Source: Microthyrium microscopicum
Taxonomy: Eukaryota
Length of the DNA stretch: 64,000 nt
Direction of reading: 5' to 3'
Assembly: GCA_010405405.1 (NCBI GenBank)
Contig: MU004232.1
Span: 1,755,481-1,819,480 of the forward strand
Part shown: positions 59,300-64,000 of the stretch, in pieces
Layout of the letters: every line of letters begins with the position of its first letter
How positions within the stretch are numbered: position 1 is the stretch's first letter
Program-made: the position numbers and the translations under genes
The notes under the pieces: model-generated
What the model was told of the DNA's origin: nothing
The model's input: the letters and a program-made list of their open reading frames with translations, nothing else
Databases searched by the model: none

Positions 59300-62200
59300 T
59301 AAATAGGAAGAGTAAAGGTAGTTATAAATAAAATAGTATAAGTTATAAAAGCTCTTTAGAAGTTAAGATAATTCCTAAGTTATAAACTAAAAATACTAAA
59401 TTACTAACTATACCTACTAATACCTAGTTAGCCTAACTAGCCTCTAAATAACCCTTTACTAATAAGTAAGTAAATTTAATAATTTAAGCTCTTTTATTAT
59501 AATATATATAATTAAACTAACTTAAAAGTTTAGATTAAAGTTTATTACTATTTCTAAAGTTACTAAACTTATCTTCTTCTTTAGTATCCTAAGCCTAAGT
59601 ATAATTTACTACTATACTAATATTAAACTCTAGCTTAACGTCTTTACTACCTTTAAGCATTATATATACTTAACCTAAAATTACTATATACTTTTTATTA
59701 AATACCTTTACCTTATTAGTAAGTATTAAGGCTCTAAGTATTTATATATCTTAAGAGTTATAATTATTTCCTTTAATCTAGATAGCCTCTAGAAACTAAT
59801 GCTTTATAAAATTACCTTAAATTAAAGTATTATATATTATATTAACGTTATACTCTATAATAATAATACTTCTTATACTAAATATATATTTACTAAATAA
59901 ATCCTTTAACGTAGCTTTTAACTTTCTATTATAACTATTTATAAAGTATATATAATTAAAAGTAGTATAAATATTATAAATTAAATTCTTCTAAGCCTTT
60001 ATATCTAGTTTTATACTACTATTTATATATTATAAATCTTATTTATTATCTTTTAGCTACGTTAATAGGCTATATAGACGCTACTCTTACTTTTAGAAAA
60101 ACCTTTATAAGGAAACCTATAGTATTTCTTTAGTTACCTTTTAGTAGCCTTATTCTATTATTATTATAATATCCTTTTAGTCTATTACTTTTAAATAGAA
60201 GAACTTATATTATCTCTTTATAAACTATAAGCTTATTAAAGAAATTCTAGTTAATAGATTAATATAGTAAGTAACTAGTAGTTACTAACTACTAAAAGCC
60301 TTATATAGCTTAAGTATACTATATATTATATAAATTCTATACTATATACTAAAATCTTAATCCTTAATATTATTTTTATTACTAGTTTTTTTTTTAAAAC
60401 TTATTTATTACTTAATTATTTAAGGCTATAGCGTCTCTTAAGATAAATTAAATTTAGCTTCTTAGTACCTATTTTTATTTAGTATTATTTTATTATTAAG
60501 TTTTGCTATTATAGTTTAATAAGTTTTTATTAATTTTTTCCTTCCTAGAAACTTATAGCTATTATTTTTATATAATTAATTTTTTATATAGTTTTATAAT
60601 AAGTATATATAATATATATTTTTAAGTTTTTATAATTAATTTTTACTCTTAATAGACTTTAATATTATTATAGCCTTTAGCTATATTAAGCCCTCTTTTT
60701 TAATATTTATTAAGTAGAGTATTTATAATACTTCTTAACTAAGTTTTTTTTATTAATTTATACTCTTTAATACTATATAATAAGCTACTAAATAACTACT
60801 TCTAAGTTTTTAATAGTTTATATAGTCTATTTTTAAGGTATAAAGTATTTTAAATTTATATAATTTTAGTTATTTCTTTCTTTCTAAGTTTCTATTATAC
60901 TTTCTACTCTTTTTAATTCTTTTTCTAAGAATAAGTCCTTTATAAGCTTCTTTTCTTTCTCTTTTTCTTATTTTTAGGTACTTAATAAATATTTTATATC
61001 TATAAGTACCTTTTTTTTATTATTTTTAAAGAAAGTAAAAACTACTTTATTTATAGATATTAAAAATACTACTTTATTCTTAAATATAAAATTAGCTAAT
61101 TCTATTCTAGCTTTTATTATAAGTCTTTTAGTATTTTTTTATATATAGTATTAACTATTATAATATAAACTATATATATTCTTAATATAAGAATTTATTT
61201 ATATTATTTTTAAGTATTATACTATTACGTAAAATTACTTAATAATAAGTACTTAGTTAGTTCTAGTATATTTATTATAGTAATTATTTATATCTATAGT
61301 TAGGCTAGCTTTAGCTAGTATTCTTACTCTTATTATAAAGAATAACGTTCTAAGTATAAGGCTATAAGTATATCTTTACTTTTAATTTTCTATTTTTTTT
61401 AATATTATAATAAGGTACTAGTAGAATTAAAGAAGTAGAGTAAGCGCCTCTAATATACTTTTAATAAAGTAATAGTTAACCTAGTTAACCCTTATTAAAG
61501 TATTAAGGAGTATATATTATTAAATATAAATAAAAAAGCTACTAAGTAGGTAGAAGTTATAAAGAATTTAATAAATAAGTTTACTAACTATAAAGTTTAG
61601 TTTACTTTTATTATAGCTTTATTAGTATAATAAAAAAAGAAGAAGCTAAAAATTAATATAACTATACTAGTTATTAATTTAGCTTATTTATAAGCTATCT
61701 TATTAAAGCTTTATACTTAAAGTATAAAAATAAATTTATTAATAGAAATATTTTAGTTATTAAGTAAAGTAGTAGTATTATTTAATAAAAAGTAGTAGAT
61801 AAATATAGAATAAAATTAATTATATTTCTAAACTTAGCTATTTCTTTTATAATTATATATTATTAGCTTATTAGTACTATAGTATTATAGTTAGTTATTT
61901 ATAAGATTTTTAAGTCTTAATAGTTTTTTATACGCTTTAAGGTTTATTTTTATAATCTTTTTAATTAGCTTAAATTACTAAAAAGCTTTACTTTTTAGTA
62001 GCTATTTAGCTATTACTTAAGTATTTCTTAGATTAGAGAGTATATAAGCTTTATTTAGTATTATTACTTATTTTAGTAATCTTTCTTTATAATATTATAG
62101 GTAGTTTAGTAGTATATAGTAAATTATTTATTACTAATAACTATATAAGTATTATAGTAAAGAGACTATTAGTACTTATATACTATATAGCTAGTTATTA

Positions 62201-63617
62201 AGTCTAATAACTTTTAATTATATAAGGAAAAGTACTATTATTTATACTTTATAATATTCTCTATACTATAGTAGTATACTATTATATTTTTATAAACTAT
62301 ATCTAAATATTTATTTAGAACTTATAGTAATATACTTTAATTAAGAATATTTTTAGTTCTAGTTTAGTTTTTATCTCTTTCTTTTTTTATAGTATATTAT
62401 TTATTAATTATATTACTTATTTATAGTTAATATTCTACTTTTACTTTATTTCTAATTTCTTTTTTTATTATTTTAGTATATTAATTCTTTAAGCTATAAC
62501 TTTAGTTATATATATCTATATTAGTTTAAGTATTACTAAGCTTCTTAGTTATTACTACTAGGGAAGTATCCTTTAGTTCCTTAAGAAGTTTACCTAGTAT
62601 ATTTTAGTAATAATTTTACTTATTTTTTATATTACTATTAAGTCTTTATTCTTATTAGTATATTTCTTTATTAAAACTATAGTATTTATTTAAAATAGTT
62701 TAACTTCTATTTTTTTATTTAATAAGATAATAAAAGTTCTTTAGTACTCTTCTATTATTTTATAAAGTATATTATTCTAAACTATTATTAGTAATTTATA
62801 ATAATTCTTTAGTATCTTAAGAAATAGTAATCTTAGACTTTATACTTATATTTTATATATAAGAGTTAGCCTAATAACTACTATATAAAAGAGCTTTATC
62901 TTTCTAAAAACTAGTCTTTATTTTAACTATACTATTTTTAAAAGTACTACTACTTACTTAAATCTTTTAATTCTAGTCTTTTTAATATAGTCTTTCTAGT
63001 TTATTCTTTTATTTATTTATATATTTAGTACTTTAATACTTTCTAGTATAAACTTAATAAATATACTATTTACTATTACTATAAATTATAAGTCTACTTC
63101 TAAGTAGTAAATATTCTAAGTAAAGTATATTACTTAATATTTATTAAGAATAAACTTTGCTTTATATTTATTTACTTAATTAGTATACTTCTAATAAGCC
63201 TTTTCTAATCTTATATAGTTCTTTTAGGTAGTATTACCTTATATAACTAATATAATATTATTTATAAAGCTAAATTTAAAGACGTTATTACTTATATTCT
63301 AAAAATATTTTAGTAGTTCTAATATAAAGAAGAAGAAGAAGATAAGTAAGAAAAAAGATCCTTAAAGGATCTTTATATTAGTTATTATTACTAAGCTTTA
63401 GTACCTAGTAAATATAATTTAGGTTATATAATTAGTAATAAAGCTTATTACTATATTAATTAGCTACTAAGAGACTCTCTTTATTTCTAAAATATAGAGG
63501 AGCTTTTTTAGATTAATATTATTATATACTTTTTAAAAATTAAAGCTAAGTACTAATACTATAGCTCTTATATTTCTTTTTTATACTACCTTAATAGTAC
63601 TTCTTAGGAGTTATACT
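59300..63617 (-). mobile_element. Second, inverted copy of the LINE (RT to 3' end) plus its downstream extension, interrupted at 63617 by an LTR element; left end approximate
   Basis: 60030-63617 is the reverse complement of ~48190-51650 apart from transitions and a ~170-bp indel (61593-61760); includes the RT GIPQGSP and FVDD regions (~63255-63380). Confidence 0.9.
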
Positions 63618-64000
63618 TGTTATAGGTTAGATAACAAAGAGATAAGTTATATTGTAAGCCTACTAAATAGGAAGGTAACTTAGAGAGAAAGAAAAGTTAA
63701 GAGACTCTTCGATCAAGGTATTTATATATAATAGGGGTAGCCTAAACGAGTATAGCTTTAGGGGGTTCAACCCCTAACATTACCTCTCCTATCTAAAAAA
63801 TTCTAGCTAAAATACTAAGTTAATTATAAGATCCTAATCTAATCTAGCTATATCTAACGCTTACTATTCTTATAGTTCGCAACGAAACTTCTATTTATAA
63901 TGTATAGATCTATATATTTACTTTTAGGTATAAAATATAAAGCTTAGGTTATTAACTATTAGTTCTATACTAGTATTTTGCCTATTTTAGACTAAATTCT
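63618..64000 (-). mobile_element. 3' end of another LTR retrotransposon (162-bp LTR 63618-63779), continuing beyond the window
   Basis: TGTTA...TAACA termini exactly where LINE homology stops; adjacent TTACCTCTCCT reads AGGAGAGGTAA (PPT) on the minus strand; less RIP-damaged than its flanks. Confidence 0.75.

Larger units (their letters stand above)
28350..64000. other. AT-rich, RIP-degenerated transposon compartment
   Basis: Abrupt GC drop at ~28,350; CA/TG dinucleotides almost absent and TA abundant; only one spurious ORF >=60 aa in ~35 kb; repeat copies differ mostly by C>T/G>A transitions. Confidence 0.95.

Noticed and set aside
28350..64000. Mitochondrial insertion, contaminant or alternative genetic code as cause of the AT richness and TAA/TAG-filled frames
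   Set aside because: No mitochondrial genes; specific CA/TG loss and transition-dominated differences between repeat copies are explained by RIP.

Overview
Filamentous ascomycete (Pezizomycotina) genomic DNA in two sharply separated compartments. Positions 1 to ~28,350 are GC-balanced and genic, with short fungal GT-AG introns. They hold a small secreted-type protein, an FNIP/Lst4-like protein, IML1 (SEA1/DEPDC5), ALG2, VPS15, a triple zinc-ribbon protein and a few possible pseudogene relics. Positions ~28,350-64,000 are extremely AT-rich, with CpA/TpG nearly absent and TpA abundant, the signature of repeat-induced point mutation (RIP). No intact genes remain there, but manual back-reading of RIP changes shows nested transposon fossils: a RecQ-type helicase frame resembling those of AcademH DNA transposons; a full-length 7.7-kb chromodomain Ty3/Gypsy element with 224-bp LTRs, a 5-bp TSD and a self-priming signature; two inverted copies of a Tad1-like LINE that share an unexplained downstream coding-like extension; a field of tandem repeats; and the LTR of another retroelement at the right edge. 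Best leads: (i) physical clustering of vacuolar TORC1 regulators (subunits of both Rag GAP complexes plus Vps15); (ii) a possible large helicase-bearing mobile element with unknown cargo ORFs; (iii) a LINE that appears to carry an extra ORF. All family assignments come from motif recognition by eye, not database searches, and coordinates in the RIP region are approximate unless stated otherwise.
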